From Octopus sinensis (Eukaryota), in assembly GCF_006345805.1 (NCBI RefSeq), contig NC_043016.1:13826001-13890000 (forward strand): a stretch of DNA of 64,000 nucleotides, given 5' to 3'. Below, piece after piece: positions 25,348 to 38,961 of this stretch. The notes below the pieces were generated by a model that saw only the letters and a list, made by a program, of their open reading frames with translations, did no database searches and was not told the origin of the DNA. The first letter of the stretch is position 1, and every line of letters begins with the position of its first letter. The translations under genes and the position numbers were made by a program.

Positions 25348-28026
25348 TGTGCTATAGTGAAAATGGTACACCCCTTCCCATATGACAGAGTGGCCACTGT
25401 TATAGTCAGACTGTCAGTCGTAAAAGAGGTCAGTGGTAGTAGAGTCATTGTATGAGTTCTCAACATAATAGTGGTGACAAGAATATTAAAGTGCTGACAA
25501 TAACAAACAAGTGGATGACAATCCACGTTATAACAGTGGCGACAAGGTAATAAACAATTCATGCGGACAATGTTGGGAAAAACACAGTTTTCTTTCATGA
25601 GAAAATAAACTATTCACGCAGAGGACGTTGAAAGATTTTTTCATGTGGAGAAATCAAAAACTCGACAGAGGAGTAACAAAAATTTATGCAGTACATATTT
25701 TATGAAAAATTTGTAAAATTATGGGAAGCTTGTTAGAGGGTCTAGTTGAGTTGCAAAAATAGCTACAACAACAACAACTCAAAGAACAACAAGAACTACA
25801 GCAAATGTTACAACTAGTGAAGTTGGTAACAAAACTGGGGAATACATTTTCGCCAGCCCATGTAGCAAAATCAATAAAGGAATTCAAATATGACCTGGAA
25901 GGAGTCACCTTTGAGGCATATTACCAAAGATTTGAAAAACTTTTCAAATAGGAATACCAAGACTGGATGGACGAAATGAAAACACATCTAATTCTGAGGA
26001 AACTGGCGACGATAGAGCATGAGAAATATTGTAACTTTATATTGCCTAAAAAAGTTTCTGGCATAAATTTCACGGACACAATTGACATTTTTTGTTGGAT
26101 GTTTAGTGAAAAAACATCGTTGCTCAGTACACGTTGGAAATGTTTGAACACTGAGAAAAGTGATGTCAAAGACTTTATCACATTTGCAGGTAGAGTGAAC
26201 AGAGAGTGCGAGGGATTTAAACTGGATAAATTAACTCCGGGCTCGTTCAAGGGCCTGATTTTCCCTCAGCGTCTTACTGCTAAAAAGGATGCAAAAGTCA
26301 GAACAAAAATTCTCGCAAAACTGGAAATGAATCAAGATATAACTATCCGGACACTGTCAGAAGAGTGGAATATGATATTAAAAGTAAGGCACGACACAGA
26401 AGAAATCCAGTGCAGAAGTTGTTCCACTAGTGTGGAAGAGTCAGAAGACGGAAAAAGTGTTTCACAAAAATCACAATATACAACATGTAAACCCATGTAT
26501 GGTATATGGTGGTAGGCACCTGAGAAAAGAGTGTCTGTTCAAAAAAGCAAAGTGTTTTTGTTGTGGGAACACAGGACACATTAAATTGCACTGCAGAACT
26601 AAGATGACTAAAAATTGGAGAAAAAATTCATCAAGGTGAGAATTGAAACCACTAGTGTCAATATCCAATTAGACATGGGGTATGACATCACTATTATAAT
26701 GAGGAAACATGGCAACAGATTGATAAGCTGAAATTATTTAAATCAAATAAAGTAGCATATGGTGTTACAGGAATGAAATTATATTTCATTAGTAAATGTA
26801 TTTACAATATAACTTTTCAGGGTGAAACAAAAGGGAGAATCATTTATGTGTTGAAAAAATCACTAAACCTATTTGGTTTTCAGTGAAAATGTAGTTGGTA
26901 CGATTAAAAGTTCAAAAGAAGTCAAACAACTTCTTTTGGAAGGATTAGGCTGTTGCACGGAAACAGAAGCAAGGATTGTGGTAAAAGACACCCCCATATT
27001 CAGACACCTACCATATTCTGAGCGCCTTGTTTCCCTGGGCATGGATTCACTGAAGCTCCGGTGTCTGGCGACGGACTTGGTAAACACCCACAAGGTTATC
27101 AACCACCTCACCAACAACAACACTGAAAACCTTTTTGATCTCCATGTGTCTAACACATGTGGACATGCCTACAAAGTCAGAAAACAACACAGCTTCCATG
27201 ACTTTCGGAAACATTTTTTCACGCTCAGAGTTGCTGAAGCATGGAATAAACTGCCTGCGTCAGTTGTTGACTGCCATGACACTGCATCCTTTAAGGCCCT
27301 CATGCTTTCCGAAATCCGCCGAAACTACACCTGATTATATATACCCTTTAGATGAGTTGTAGTGCACCTGAGCACTGTACACAATTATTATTATTATTAT
27401 TATTTTAAGAAGAAGCAATACCTGTTTTTAGGCCAAAATGGAACACATCATTTGCGCTGTTGGACCAGGTCAATATAGAGCTAGAAAGACTAGAAAGTCT
27501 AGCTATAATTGAAAATGTTGACCATTCAGACTGGGCAGCTCTGATGGTTTATGCAAAAAGAAAAAATATTAAGTTGGAAAAAAATGTTAAAAAGGGAGGA
27601 GGGGTGAATAAAGTAAAATAAATGTACTTGCTTCCCAAAGAAAAAGAAGGAAAAAATACTAAAAGGGGTGATGTTGTAGTGAAAGTGGTACACTCATTCC
27701 TATGTGACAAAGTCTACTACTACTGACCTCCTACAACGACTGGCAATCTGACTATAAAGTCTAGACAGCCAGTCGTTGTAGGAGATCAGTAGTAGGAGAG
27801 TCATTGTATGAGTTCTCAGTAGGAGTCAGTGTCAGTTACGTGTGATATACGAGTTCGAGTTACTGTCAAGGTAGGCGTTTCAAAGTCGTTGTCTTGTGGA
27901 AATATCAGCAATAGCACAATGGACAAATCAAAGATAAGAAGATGCAGAACATAACACGATAGAGGTGACAAGAATATTGTAGTGCCAACAACAACATACA
28001 AGTGGACACGGATTCACATTATAACA
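25348..28026 (+). mobile_element. Internally deleted Ty3/Gypsy LTR retrotransposon
   Basis: 5' LTR ~25348-25535 ending TTATAACA, PBS TGGCGAC 25537-25543. Gag remnants (ORF 25967-26515), CCHC knuckle CFCCGNTGHIKLHC, protease-like QLDMGYDITII, start of RT (PVFRPK...DHSDWAA). PPT AAAAGGGG 27661-27668, 3' LTR ~27669-28026 ending TTATAACA. No RT core, RNase H or integrase. Confidence 0.85.
26990..27404 (+). mobile_element. CR1-type LINE 3' end nested in the Gypsy pol
   Basis: LPYSERLVSLGMDSLKLR...GHAYKVRK..FFTLRVAEAWNKLP followed by (TTA)n tail. Confidence 0.85.
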
Positions 28027-28249
28027 GTTTGGAAGTATGGATGTCAATAACATATTTTTTTTTTAAATAAGAAATATAAATATAAACTAACATGGTGTTT
28101 GGAGTGATTGCTAGTGATGGCAACGTTATGCCTCCCTTCATCTTATATATATATATATAGGGAAAGTTTACGAAAAAAACAAAAGACGAAGACAGGTGGT
28201 GTACAAAATAAACAGATGTATTAGTATAACGCTCAGGAATAGAAAAAGT

Positions 28250-28285
28250 CTTTTACGTTTCGAGCCTACGCTCTTCTACAGAAAG
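28250..28285 (-). ncRNA. 36-nt minimal type I hammerhead with a CUGUAGA core variant
   Basis: Minus strand CUUU-CUGUAGA-A-GAGC-GUAG-GCUC-GAAA-CG-UA-AAAG. All helices perfect, A6 is U. Confidence 0.6.
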
Positions 28286-28354
28286 GTACACAGAAAAAAA
28301 AAAGGAGAGAAAAAATAGGTGTGTAGTGGCTAACGATCTATCATGGCGATATCA

Positions 28355-28480
28355 TCATAATCACCATTGTCATTTAACATCCGTTTTCCATGCTGGCTTG
28401 GGTTGGATAGTTTGACTGAGGTCTGGAGAGCCAGTGGGCTGCACTAGGCTCCAATCTGATCTGGCAATGTTTCTGCCACA
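28355..28480 (-). mobile_element. RTE 3' UTR fragment
   Basis: CATTTAACATCCGTTTTCCATGCTGGC. Confidence 0.7.
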
Positions 28481-28626
28481 TTGCCCCAGTCCACTTGGCT
28501 GTAAATGAGTAACCATGCAATGGACTGACAGCCTGTGCAGGGAGAATTTTGACCTGCTTACCCAGCTAGGTAGGAGTGGCATTCAAAAGCTATAACAATG
28601 CATGGTGATCCAATGGTGTATAACAA

Positions 28627-28678
28627 ACTTTGTGAGTGGATTTGGTAGATGGAAACTGAAAGAAGCCCGTCATATATA

Positions 28679-28714
<36 letters not shown>

Positions 28715-28932
28715 TGTGTGTGTATATGTTTGTGTCCATGTTTGTCTTCCCAACATCTCTTGACAACTGATTTTGGTGTGTTTACGTCCCTGTAACTTAG
28801 CAGTTCGGCAAAAGAAACCGATAGAATAAGTACTAGGCTTACAAAGAATAAGTCCCGGGCTCGATTTGCTCGACTAAAAGCGGTGCTCCAGCATGGACAC
28901 AGTCAAATGACTGAAACAAGTAAAAGAGTAAA
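28627..28932 (+). mobile_element. Family A SINE, 5' truncated
   Basis: TTGTGAGTGGATTTGGTAGATGGAAACTG...tail. Confidence 0.85.
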
Positions 28933-29283
28933 CAAATGATACATGTTCTTTATTACATGGGAAAATGAAAGTAAATCTTCATGTTTCAACGTAAGCACCG
29001 GTGGCATCAACCATTTTCCTCAAACGCCCACCGGCATGAGGGCTGTTCAGGCGGGTACTGGGAAATACTTCATAAGCTCTCTGTTGGCCACCAGACTACC
29101 AATATTATTTAGATTAGTGAAGAACTGCAGGTACTCATGTGGTAGGGTCCAAGGTCATGGTTCATCAGAATTGTATATTGTAAATCTGTGGTTGGGCCCC
29201 AGTCAAACTGATTTTTACACAGAGTGATACACAAGACAAGGTATAAATAATGGTCATTATATATATTGCCTTTATTGGAGAAA

Positions 29284-29412
29284 ATTTGGCTTACAGCTGT
29301 TTCCAGTAGTCAATATAGCTACATTACTGGTAGGTTTACTCAACTAGTCTATTGATCAATTGATCAAGTTGGATGACCTAAAAAATTAATGCTACTTTCA
29401 TCAGACCCAAAT
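29284..29412 (-). ncRNA. Type I hammerhead motif with 94-nt helix II insert and palindromic helix III
   Basis: Minus strand AUUUGGGU-CUGAUGA-A-AGUAG...CUACU-G-GAAA-CAGCUG-UA-AGCCAAAU. Helix I is 7/8 paired. Bracketed by inverted repeats at ~29233-29265 and ~29412-29445. Confidence 0.6.
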
Positions 29413-29483
29413 ATGTAACGACCATTATTTATAGCTTGTCTTATATATATATACACACACACATGCATACGCAACATACATAA

Positions 29484-29533
<50 letters not shown>

Positions 29534-30018
29534 AATAATGATAACAGACAAAAGATAGGTTACTAAAATATATTCTGTTGTAAACTTATTATGTGCACTA
29601 AATCATGTACTAAAAATATATAAATATATCAATACATAAATATACTTAAAAATATATCCAAAATACATTAAAAATATATAGATATTAGTATATAAATGTG
29701 CTAAGAATATATTAAGAACATACAATGTATACTCCTATTTATAATAAAAATGGTATTAAAATTATACAGAATGAATCAAGTGCAGAGAATCTTGTAAATC
29801 CATATAGATGTTTATAGTTCTTTAAAATCCAATGGCCATTTCTGGGGGTGTAGGGGTGTAGTGGTGCAAATATATAATAGAATTTAAGGTCCATTAATCT
29901 AATATCACCACCTTTTTCATGGAATTTTCCAACAGGTAAGGCTACATTGTCCTATGTATAGAGAAATGGGTCCTATATATCAAGAAATTTCATCTCTTGA
30001 AAATAAATCAATACATAT

Positions 30019-30073
<55 letters not shown>

Positions 30074-30804
30074 TAAAGGGTGAAATATAATTAATTTAAT
30101 AAATCAACAAATTTCACCAAGTAGTATTTTGGTATGTCCTTTTCAATACCGAACTTTTACCTTATATATATATATATAATTCAAAATAAAATCTCGTTAA
30201 TGATTAATTGAGTGGCCAGCATGAAATAAAACCTTATAGGTAATTTATATACTAAATTAATAATTATATATATATTAATAATTATAAATAATTATTAATT
30301 TAGAATGTATATATATATATGTATGCATATACACACACGCGCGCACACACACGCACACACACGCACACACACACTTGTATGAGATTGTAAAGTGTAATTA
30401 TTTAAGAGAGATTTCACCACAATTTACAGCCGGATGAGCATCAGGTGAGGGTGTAGAATATCCTGAGATGTATTGACAATGAGAATGGAAATATTGTTAG
30501 GTAGTGGCACAGCATTTGCCTGAAACTGTCTCTCTCAAACATTTCTCTTCAGTTTATTCAGAGAAATGGCAGATGTAAAAAGCAGCATGGGGTATGAACT
30601 ACTTCTGTTTTATTAGTTTAGAAAGATGTTTTGGGAAAATGGCGTGAAGTATATTTAGGGAGTGTATAATATTCTTTCTGCTGTAAGTACAAGGCATGAA
30701 ATCTTGGGGAAGAGGGTTGCTCTGTTTCATCAACCCCAGTGCATAATGGGTACTTATTTCATCAAACCCTAAACATTTTGTATGACATGCTAATAATTCT
30801 ACCA

Positions 30805-31149
<345 letters not shown>

Positions 31150-31150
<1 letters not shown>

Positions 31151-31372
31151 TCACCATCATCATCGTTTAACGTCCGTTTTCCATGCTGGCATGGTTTGAA
31201 CAGTTTGACTGGGGTCAGGCAAGCCAGGAGGCTGCACCAGGCTCCAATCTGATCTGGCAATGTTTCTACAGCTGGACGCCCTTCCTAACGCCAACCACTG
31301 CAACAGTGTAGTGGGTGTTTTTTGCATGCCACCGGTACAGGAGCCAGTCAGGGTGAGGGGGCTGGCATTGAC
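31150..31372 (-). mobile_element. RTE 3' UTR fragment
   Basis: CATCATCGTTTAACGTCCGTTTTCCATGCTGGCATGG. Confidence 0.8.
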
Positions 31373-31536
31373 CACAAGGCCTGAAATTTGTGGGGAGGGA
31401 ACAACTTGATTTTATCGACCCCAAAAGGATGAAAGGCAAAGTCAGCCTTGACAGAATCTGAACTCAGAACATAACAATGGGTGAAATACCGCTAAGCATT
31501 CCAGCTGCCATGTTAACAATTCTGCCAGTTCACCAT

Positions 31537-31583
<47 letters not shown>

Positions 31584-31941
31584 CAACAAGAGCACTCAGA
31601 GAGTGCAAACCTCCACCAAGGCAACACCAATGTCCTCTCAATGAATGGCCAGAGATGATTTTTAAGATCAGAATATCTGAAATAAACTCGACTGCTCTCA
31701 CAAACGAGAATACTAAAAATGAACCTGACTGCTCTCAAAAATTAAGTAAAACTACAGGAAAAATAATCCAGAATCCTTGGCCGGTACTGGATCAATCCCC
31801 AAATCTATTCAGTTTGTGCTGGTCACAAGGCCAAACATCCCTGAAAGTTTAATCTGAATCCATCCAATGGTTCTTGAGGTATCTTGTCCACAGACATACA
31901 AACACGACTGAAAACAATACATCTGCCTTCGCTAAGGCAGA

Positions 31942-31979
<38 letters not shown>

Positions 31980-31989
31980 TAATAATAAC

Positions 31990-32083
<94 letters not shown>

Positions 32084-32087
<4 letters not shown>

Positions 32088-33108
32088 CCCGAGGGAAGTA
32101 CGGCAACTATTGTTGCAAAGAAGGTGAAAATGATGGCAATGAAGAAAGCGCACGAGCAATTGGCTGATAGGTGGGAGGAGAAACCTCTGCACGGCAAATA
32201 TGTGACCCGCAGCAAACAAGCTGATATTGACCAGAAGCAAACCCATCAGTGGCTACGGAGCTCAGGGCTAAAAGCAGAGAGCGAAGGTTCCATCCTGGCT
32301 GCTCAAGATCAAAGCCTATTAACCCGGAACTACCAGGCCAATGTGATGAAAAATGGAGCAGACCCAAAATGCCGATTCTGCAACGACATGATTGAAACAG
32401 TGGACCACCTAATCTCTGGATGTAAAGTCTTAGCACCAGTGGAGTATAAATTAAGACATGACAGAGTTGGCCAATATCTCCACTGGCTAATAAGTCGGCA
32501 TTACAATATCAAAACTGCTGGCAAGTGGTATAATCACCACCCTGAGGCTGTAACTGAAGGAGAAAATGTAACCATTCTGTGGGACTTTCCAGTACATACA
32601 GACCGAACCATCAAGGCCAATAAACCAGATATTGTTGTGAAGACCAAAACAATAAAGTTTGCTTATTGATCGACATGAGCATCCCCTGTGATCATAATAT
32701 CTCAGCGAAAGAGTTTGACAAGCTCAGAAAATATAAAGACCTACTCATTGAAATTGAGAAAATGTGGCATCTCAAGGCGGTTACAATACCAGTGATCGTA
32801 GGAGCACTAGGAATGATCAAGAAGGGAACCGAAAATTATATGAGAATGATCCCTGGCTTACCATCCCTGCAAGAAGTGCAAAAGATTGTCTTAACTGGTA
32901 CATCACACGTATTGAGAAGAGCATTGTCGATGTGAGAACTGTTGCTGCTCATGTATTTTAATTTAACTTTAAAAAAAAAAAAAAAATGAACGAACTACTG
33001 AGTTTGGTTTAATGGCCTACCAATGTATACTATGAGTTTCTTTGCCCTAGGAGTCGGGAAGACACTCGGCAAGAAATGGAAGCAAATTTGAAAGAAGAAA
33101 AAAAAAAG
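32084..33108 (+). mobile_element. R4/Dong-type non-LTR retrotransposon 3' end (zinc knuckle and restriction-like endonuclease), copy 1
   Basis: KPLHG...AAQDQSL...CRFCNDMIETVDHLISGC, RHDRV, ILWDF..KPDIVV..IDMSIP..KYKDL..IVGALG. One frameshift at ~32645. Preceded by (TAA)n. Confidence 0.88.
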
Positions 33109-33133
33109 TAATAATAATAATAATAATAATAAT

Positions 33134-34066
33134 AGAAGAAGAAGAAGACACAACAAAAGCTATAAAACAAATGAAATCCAAACTAAAACTAGAACAGCAA
33201 CAGACCATGATAAAACGATGGCAAGAAAAGCCCCTACATGGCAAATACTGGACAAAAGAAATAGATGAAGAAAAATCCCAACAATGGTTGAGAAGCTCAG
33301 GACTCAAAGCAGAGACAGAGGGATTTTTAATTGCAGCACAAGACCAAAGCCTCTCCACCAGAAATTACCAAAAACATGTAATGAAAAGAAATATAACAAG
33401 TAGCTGCAGAATATGTGGAGATGGACAAGAAACAATAAATCATATTATCTCTGGCTGCCCAGTCCTGGCTAAGAAGGAATATATTCACAGACACGACAGA
33501 GTTGGAACATTGGGAGCTATGCCAACATTATGGAATAACAACAGAAAAAAGATGGTATAGGCACGCACCAGAAAAGGTCACAGAAAATGAGAAAGCAACC
33601 ATACTCTGGGATATGCCAATACACACAGATAGAGAAATTAAGGCCAACAGACCAGATATAGTTGTCAGAGATCATGAAGAAAAAAAATGCTTTCTAATTG
33701 ATGTATCAATACCGGCAGATGACAACGTGTCTCTAAAAGAAATGGAGAAACTTTTCAAAATACAAAGACCTGGAAATAGAGGTAACTAGAATGTGGAATC
33801 TAAAAACAGAAACAATTCCTATCATAGTAGGTGCATTAGGCATGATAAAAAAATATTCAGACAAATACATAACAAAAACACCAGGACTTACAAACACATA
33901 TAACATACAGAAAATTGCACTACTAGGCACTGCACACATCCTACGCAGAACACTTTCCATACAATAACCATCAGAGCATCACAACAAATCACAGCACATA
34001 CCCAAGCCACACAGAGCTGCGCTCGGTAGTGAAGTGAAAGCACGCTATAAAAATAAAACTACTGAA
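33134..34066 (+). mobile_element. R4/Dong-type 3' end, copy 2 (different subfamily)
   Basis: CRICGDGQETINHIISGC, RHDRV, RPDIVV..IDVSIP. Frameshifts at ~33505 and ~33755. Flanked by TAA repeats on both sides. Confidence 0.88.
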
Positions 34067-34817
34067 TAATAATAATCCTTTCTACTAAAGGCACAAGGCC
34101 TGAAATTTGGGGAGGGGGGCTTAGTCAATTATATCAACCACAGTGCTCAAATGGTGCTTATTTCATTGACCCCAAAAAGATGAAAGGCAAAGTATATTCC
34201 AAAGGAATTTGAACTCCAAATGTACAGATTAAATTCCCCTCTAAGCATTCTACAAGAATGCTAATGATTCTACCAGCTCACTGCCTAACTGGTGATAACT
34301 ATACAGATAGTGATGATTATGATACAGGTATTGCTATCATCATAACTGTTGTGTGGATATGGGGGCAAGTAAATGAACACAGATAGACAACCCTTAAATT
34401 CTGGACAACACTTTAACTGATTAATTTTAATAGCTGCTGTTTGGCAAAAGTGAAAGTGGTATCTGGTCTGCAATGATTGCTGAAGAATGTAGGTCAGATA
34501 TTTATGTGGTAGATCAGATGTTCTTAGCATGGGTGGTACTGCCCCCAACAGGGTGCTGGACATGTTGAAGGAGGTGTTAGGCTTTAGTGGGTGGTAAGGG
34601 GTGCTTGTGAGTTAACACAACACAATAAATTTTACTTATAGTAGTAATAATATTATACATGATTAACTTAGGAATGGTTCTTAAAATAAAATAAGACCTC
34701 ATCAGGCACGGGGGGGGGGGGAGTCATTGACTCGCAATGAATAAAGTAAATTTACGACTTTTGTCTTGTTAATTTTTCATCATTTCGCTACTAACAGCTT
34801 ATAGCATCCATTTTTAG

Positions 34818-34844
34818 AGTAAAATTTATAAATCATCATCTCTG
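34818..34844 (+). other. Candidate 27-nt microexon
   Basis: TACTAAC 34789-34795, TTTTTAG| at 34817, AGTAAAATTTATAAATCATCATCTCTG, then |GTAAGT. Confidence 0.3.
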
Positions 34845-36313
34845 GTAAGTTAGTTTAGTTGTGGTACTTCACTTGTCACTTAAGGGGGCAACAAGCGTAT
34901 AACAACTACTCAGAAGGAGTGGGTCTTAAAAAAAAAAAAAAGAACCACTATTTTATAATACAGCTTATTGAAATGATTTCAGCAATGACAAGAATAATGA
35001 AGTTTGGTCCCCTGCTAATATATGTAAAAATAAAACAGTATTGCTAAGTATAGCTAAACACACTGAATGTGTAAGGCTGTTTTCATTGACATGTGCAAGA
35101 AACGATTTGCTGTTTTGCACACACACACAAGTATATGCACAAAGACACACACACACACACATGCACACACATGTGTCCACACTCACACACACACACACAA
35201 TTACAGCTATACCTACCATACAGAACTGTGCTTTCTTGTAATCTGATATTTTTTTTTAGCCATGATGTGTCCCTTGGTAAATGTGGCGGGCGTCTTGTTA
35301 ATCACTCCTGAATCCAAGTACAAAGATATTATTTATTTTACTTATTCCAGAGAGACTGAATGTAACATCAACACCAGCTTAATTTGAATTCAGAAAACAA
35401 AAACAAAACTAAACTTTGATAGTATTAAATCTTGTTCCCTTGTTCAGCAGCTTTAACACTTTTACTAATATGTTATTAAAGGTGTTATTATTAAGGCGAC
35501 ATAGGGCAGCAAGCTTGCAGAGAATTGTTAGCATGTCAAACAAATGCATAGCAGTATTTTTCCTGGCTTTACATTCCAAATGCAAATGCCATTGTGATCA
35601 ATATTGCTCTTGATCTTTTTCATGGTTGATAAAATAAGTACCATTTGAAAACTAGGATCGATTTGATCAACTTACCCTCAAAATTGTGGGTCTTGTGCCA
35701 AAAATTAGAAAGAATTATTAAGAATATTACTACTTCAAGCTATAGTTATTTTTTTTTAGCCCCAAGTTGGCCCTAAAAGCTAGGGATCATGTCCTAATGG
35801 CTTCCAGTTCTTCATTTATTTTTGCAGTATCTTGAATTACTTCCATTGTTATAAATGTCAACATTTGTACCAAAATTACGTGTTTGTTGCTTTCACCAGC
35901 TTTAGCTATGTTGATTCTTTTGCCACCCATACCTCTTCCCAAAATTCTTCTGTCTCTCTTTCTGTTGGTGCTGCTGTGCCTTCTATTTTGCTTTTACCAA
36001 ATTCTAGATAGGATGGTTTTGTGTTGGGATTTGAGCCGTTTTATTTAAACTGTTGTTGGTGTTTTTCCCACTGATAAATTCTTTCTAAGTTCGTAAAGAT
36101 TTCATTTTAGTGATTCCTTCATTTCAGTGATTCCTTCATTTCAGCCACATCTCTTCAATCATGTTCAGAGCTTCTCTAGTATTTTTTTGTTGTTTTTAGT
36201 TACGTTATTTTGTTAATCATTTTATTTAGAACTAAAAGATTCTTTCTCTTATTTCCTATATATTTATTTTCCACTTTGAAACTACAATGGCTGCTGTGTG
36301 TATATATATATAT

Positions 36314-36356
<43 letters not shown>

Positions 36357-36398
36357 ATTACTACATTTAACTTAGTAATGGTGATGCTGGAGTTCATT

Positions 36399-36626
36399 TT
36401 AACCCTTAAGCATTTTGTTTATTCTGTCTAGTGTAATGTTTATTTATTCACATTGTGTTGAAGTTATCATGCATCATCTCGTAGCTGCAAGATTTCAATG
36501 GCATGTTTGTTTACTTTTAGAATGACATTGTAGGGTAGGTGTGAGGAGCTAGATCTGGCCGCTTTGATTATAAAACAGGTAATATATCTGGGTCTAATAT
36601 GGCAAGTTTAAATGCTAAAGGGTTAA
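36399..36626. mobile_element. piggyBac-type MITE
   Basis: TTAA|CCCTTAAGCATT...AATGCTAAAGGG|TTAA. Internal similarity to 25089-25315. Confidence 0.75.
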
Positions 36627-36944
36627 ATAAGTCTGGTGTTTTTTCGCTATTTTATCATTGAGTTTTATACTTGGTGGATGCTTTTATTGGTCATAGGAAG
36701 ATCAATTGTTTTTAGTTTTTCAATCCTACTTAGTTTTAGAGTGTTGTGGTTATGGTTTTCACCATTAGAATTTCTTTTTTTTAAACCTTCGTCATATTCC
36801 TTCTTTATTGAGATTTTTGTTTGTGCAGTTATGTTCTGGGTTTCCTTGATCAGTATTGTGCAGTTGTAGGGTTTGAATTTGTTGTTTTATTGTTTATTTC
36901 ATTTGTGCTGAGAAGACCCGTGAAGCCGAGTGAGATTGTAGCCG

Positions 36945-37170
36945 TGGCCATTGCTGATGTTCCATAACTGGCACCTGTGCCAGTGGCACATAAAAAGTAC
37001 CCTACTACACTCTTAGAGTGGTTGGTGTTAAGAATGGCATCGAGCTGTAGAAACCATCCCAAATCAGATTGGAACCTGGTGTAGTTCCCCAGCTTACCAA
37101 TTTTCTGTCAAACCGTCCAACCCATTCCAGCATGGAAAACAGATGTTAAATGATGACGATGACGATGATT
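36945..37170 (+). mobile_element. RTE 3' UTR fragment
   Basis: GTGGCACATAAAAAGTACC...AACCCATTCCAGCATGGAAAACAGATGTTAAATGATG. Confidence 0.75.
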
Positions 37171-37589
37171 TTCGTTCTATCTTTGTGGAATACATTTTCA
37201 GGACTTTTATTGTTGTTAAGTGTTTTGTAGTCATTACTCTTTAACAAAGCTTGCAACTATTAAAAACACTGAAAGGAATCACTAGTACTCTATAGGCACA
37301 ACCTGCCATCAGATGGTCCTGTCCAAGGTACGCAAGGAGTGATGAAACTGTACTGCATGTCCCTGTTCAGTTACCAGACATTGCTGACTTGCAGGGTCGA
37401 CCTGTGTTACGTGGCTTCTGTCACACATATGGCAGATCCGGTTCCATTGTGATGATTGCCTTGCCACTCTTCTTTAATCAGGCAAAGCCTACAAGTCAGA
37501 GAATGGCTATTTGCAGAGTACATTTGCTCACTGAGTTCTTGGATAGCTCCTTGATTGAGCCCAGAAGTCCTCCTGAGTCAGGAGAATTG

Positions 37590-37845
37590 CATCACCACCG
37601 CCACCACCACACCCACCACCACCGCCACCACCACCACCACCACCACCACCGCCACCAAAACCGCCACAACCACCACCACCACCACCACCACCACCAAAAC
37701 CGCCACAACCACCGCCACCACCACCACCGCCACCACCACCACCGCCGCCACCACCATCACCACCACCGCCGCCGCCGCCGCCACCACCACCGCCAACGCC
37801 GCCGCCGCCACCACCACCACCACCACCACCACCATCATCATCATT
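37590..37845. repeat. GC-rich (CAC/CGC/ACC)n trinucleotide tract
   Basis: Direct inspection. It produces His-, Thr/Ala- and Val-rich ORFs in several frames. Confidence 0.9.
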
Positions 37846-38384
37846 CTTTTGCTAATGCTGTTTACTATGTATACTTTTATTTCATTCTTTTTTTTTTTTT
37901 TGTTAATATTGAATATCATATAAAACGGTGAGCTGGCAGAAATGTTAGTATGCTGGGAAAGATGCTTTGGTAGATTTCCTCAGTCCTTGCATTCTGAGTT
38001 CAAATCTCACTGAGCTTGATATTAGCTTGACATACTAATCTCTACCCAGTCATTTTAAACATTTCCCTCTCTTCTCTACCTAAAGTGTTAACATCCATTT
38101 TCTATAACCCCCTTCTTTTAGGTTCACTTTCTAAGTAACACTGTATTACTATCTTGTTTTCTTTGCTGGTCCACTTCCTTCTCCTTGCTCTCATTCTAAA
38201 GATGTATTATCAGCTGATAACAGGATATTAGGATAACAGCTGTAATCAGTCAGCATCTTTACCGAACTGCTGCCGAGCGAGCGAGCAAGAGGCCCACTGT
38301 TAAAGGTCCAGCTTCATTTTCGCTGTTACAATCAGAGTTTCTACAGAAACTCCTGTCTCTCATAAACTGAGGTAAGATAATTCC

Positions 38385-38589
38385 CTTTATTCTTTTATTC
38401 TTTTACTTGTTTCAGTCATTTGACTGCGGCCATGCTGGAGCACCGCCTTTAGTTGAGCAAATCGACCCCAGGACTTATTCTTCGTAAGCCTAGTACTTAT
38501 TCTATTGGTCTCTTTTTGCCAAACCGCTAACACACTAGCATAGTTGTCAAGCGATATTGGGGGGCAGGGACAAACAGACACACAATCAT

Positions 38590-38628
<39 letters not shown>

Positions 38629-38800
38629 CATATATACGACGGGCATCTTTCAGTTTCCATCTACCAAATCCACTCACAAGGCTTTGGTTGGCCCGAGGCT
38701 ATAGTAGAAGACACTTGCCCAAGGTGCCATGCAGTGGGACTGAACCCGGAACCATGCGGTTGGTAAGCAAGCTACTTACCACACACACACTCCTACGCCT
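38385..38800 (-). mobile_element. Family A SINE
   Basis: Reverse-complement full copy. Confidence 0.88.
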
Positions 38801-38912
38801 TCTGACATCCCTTTTTTTATCATACCTAGGGCTCCTACAATAACAGGAACAGTTCTTGCTTCAAGATGCCACATCTTTTGTATTTCAACTTCCAGGTCTT
38901 TATATTTACTTA

Positions 38913-38961
<49 letters not shown>

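Noticed and set aside
37389-37931. 180-aa His-rich ORF
   Set aside because: It is driven by a CAC/CGC repeat open in several frames, with no splice or homology support.
38205-38250. CTGATAA...AACAGCTGTA resembling the CAGCUG hammerheads
   Set aside because: Both core motifs are broken and there is no helix II. A similarly weak case at ~30428-30535 was also dropped.
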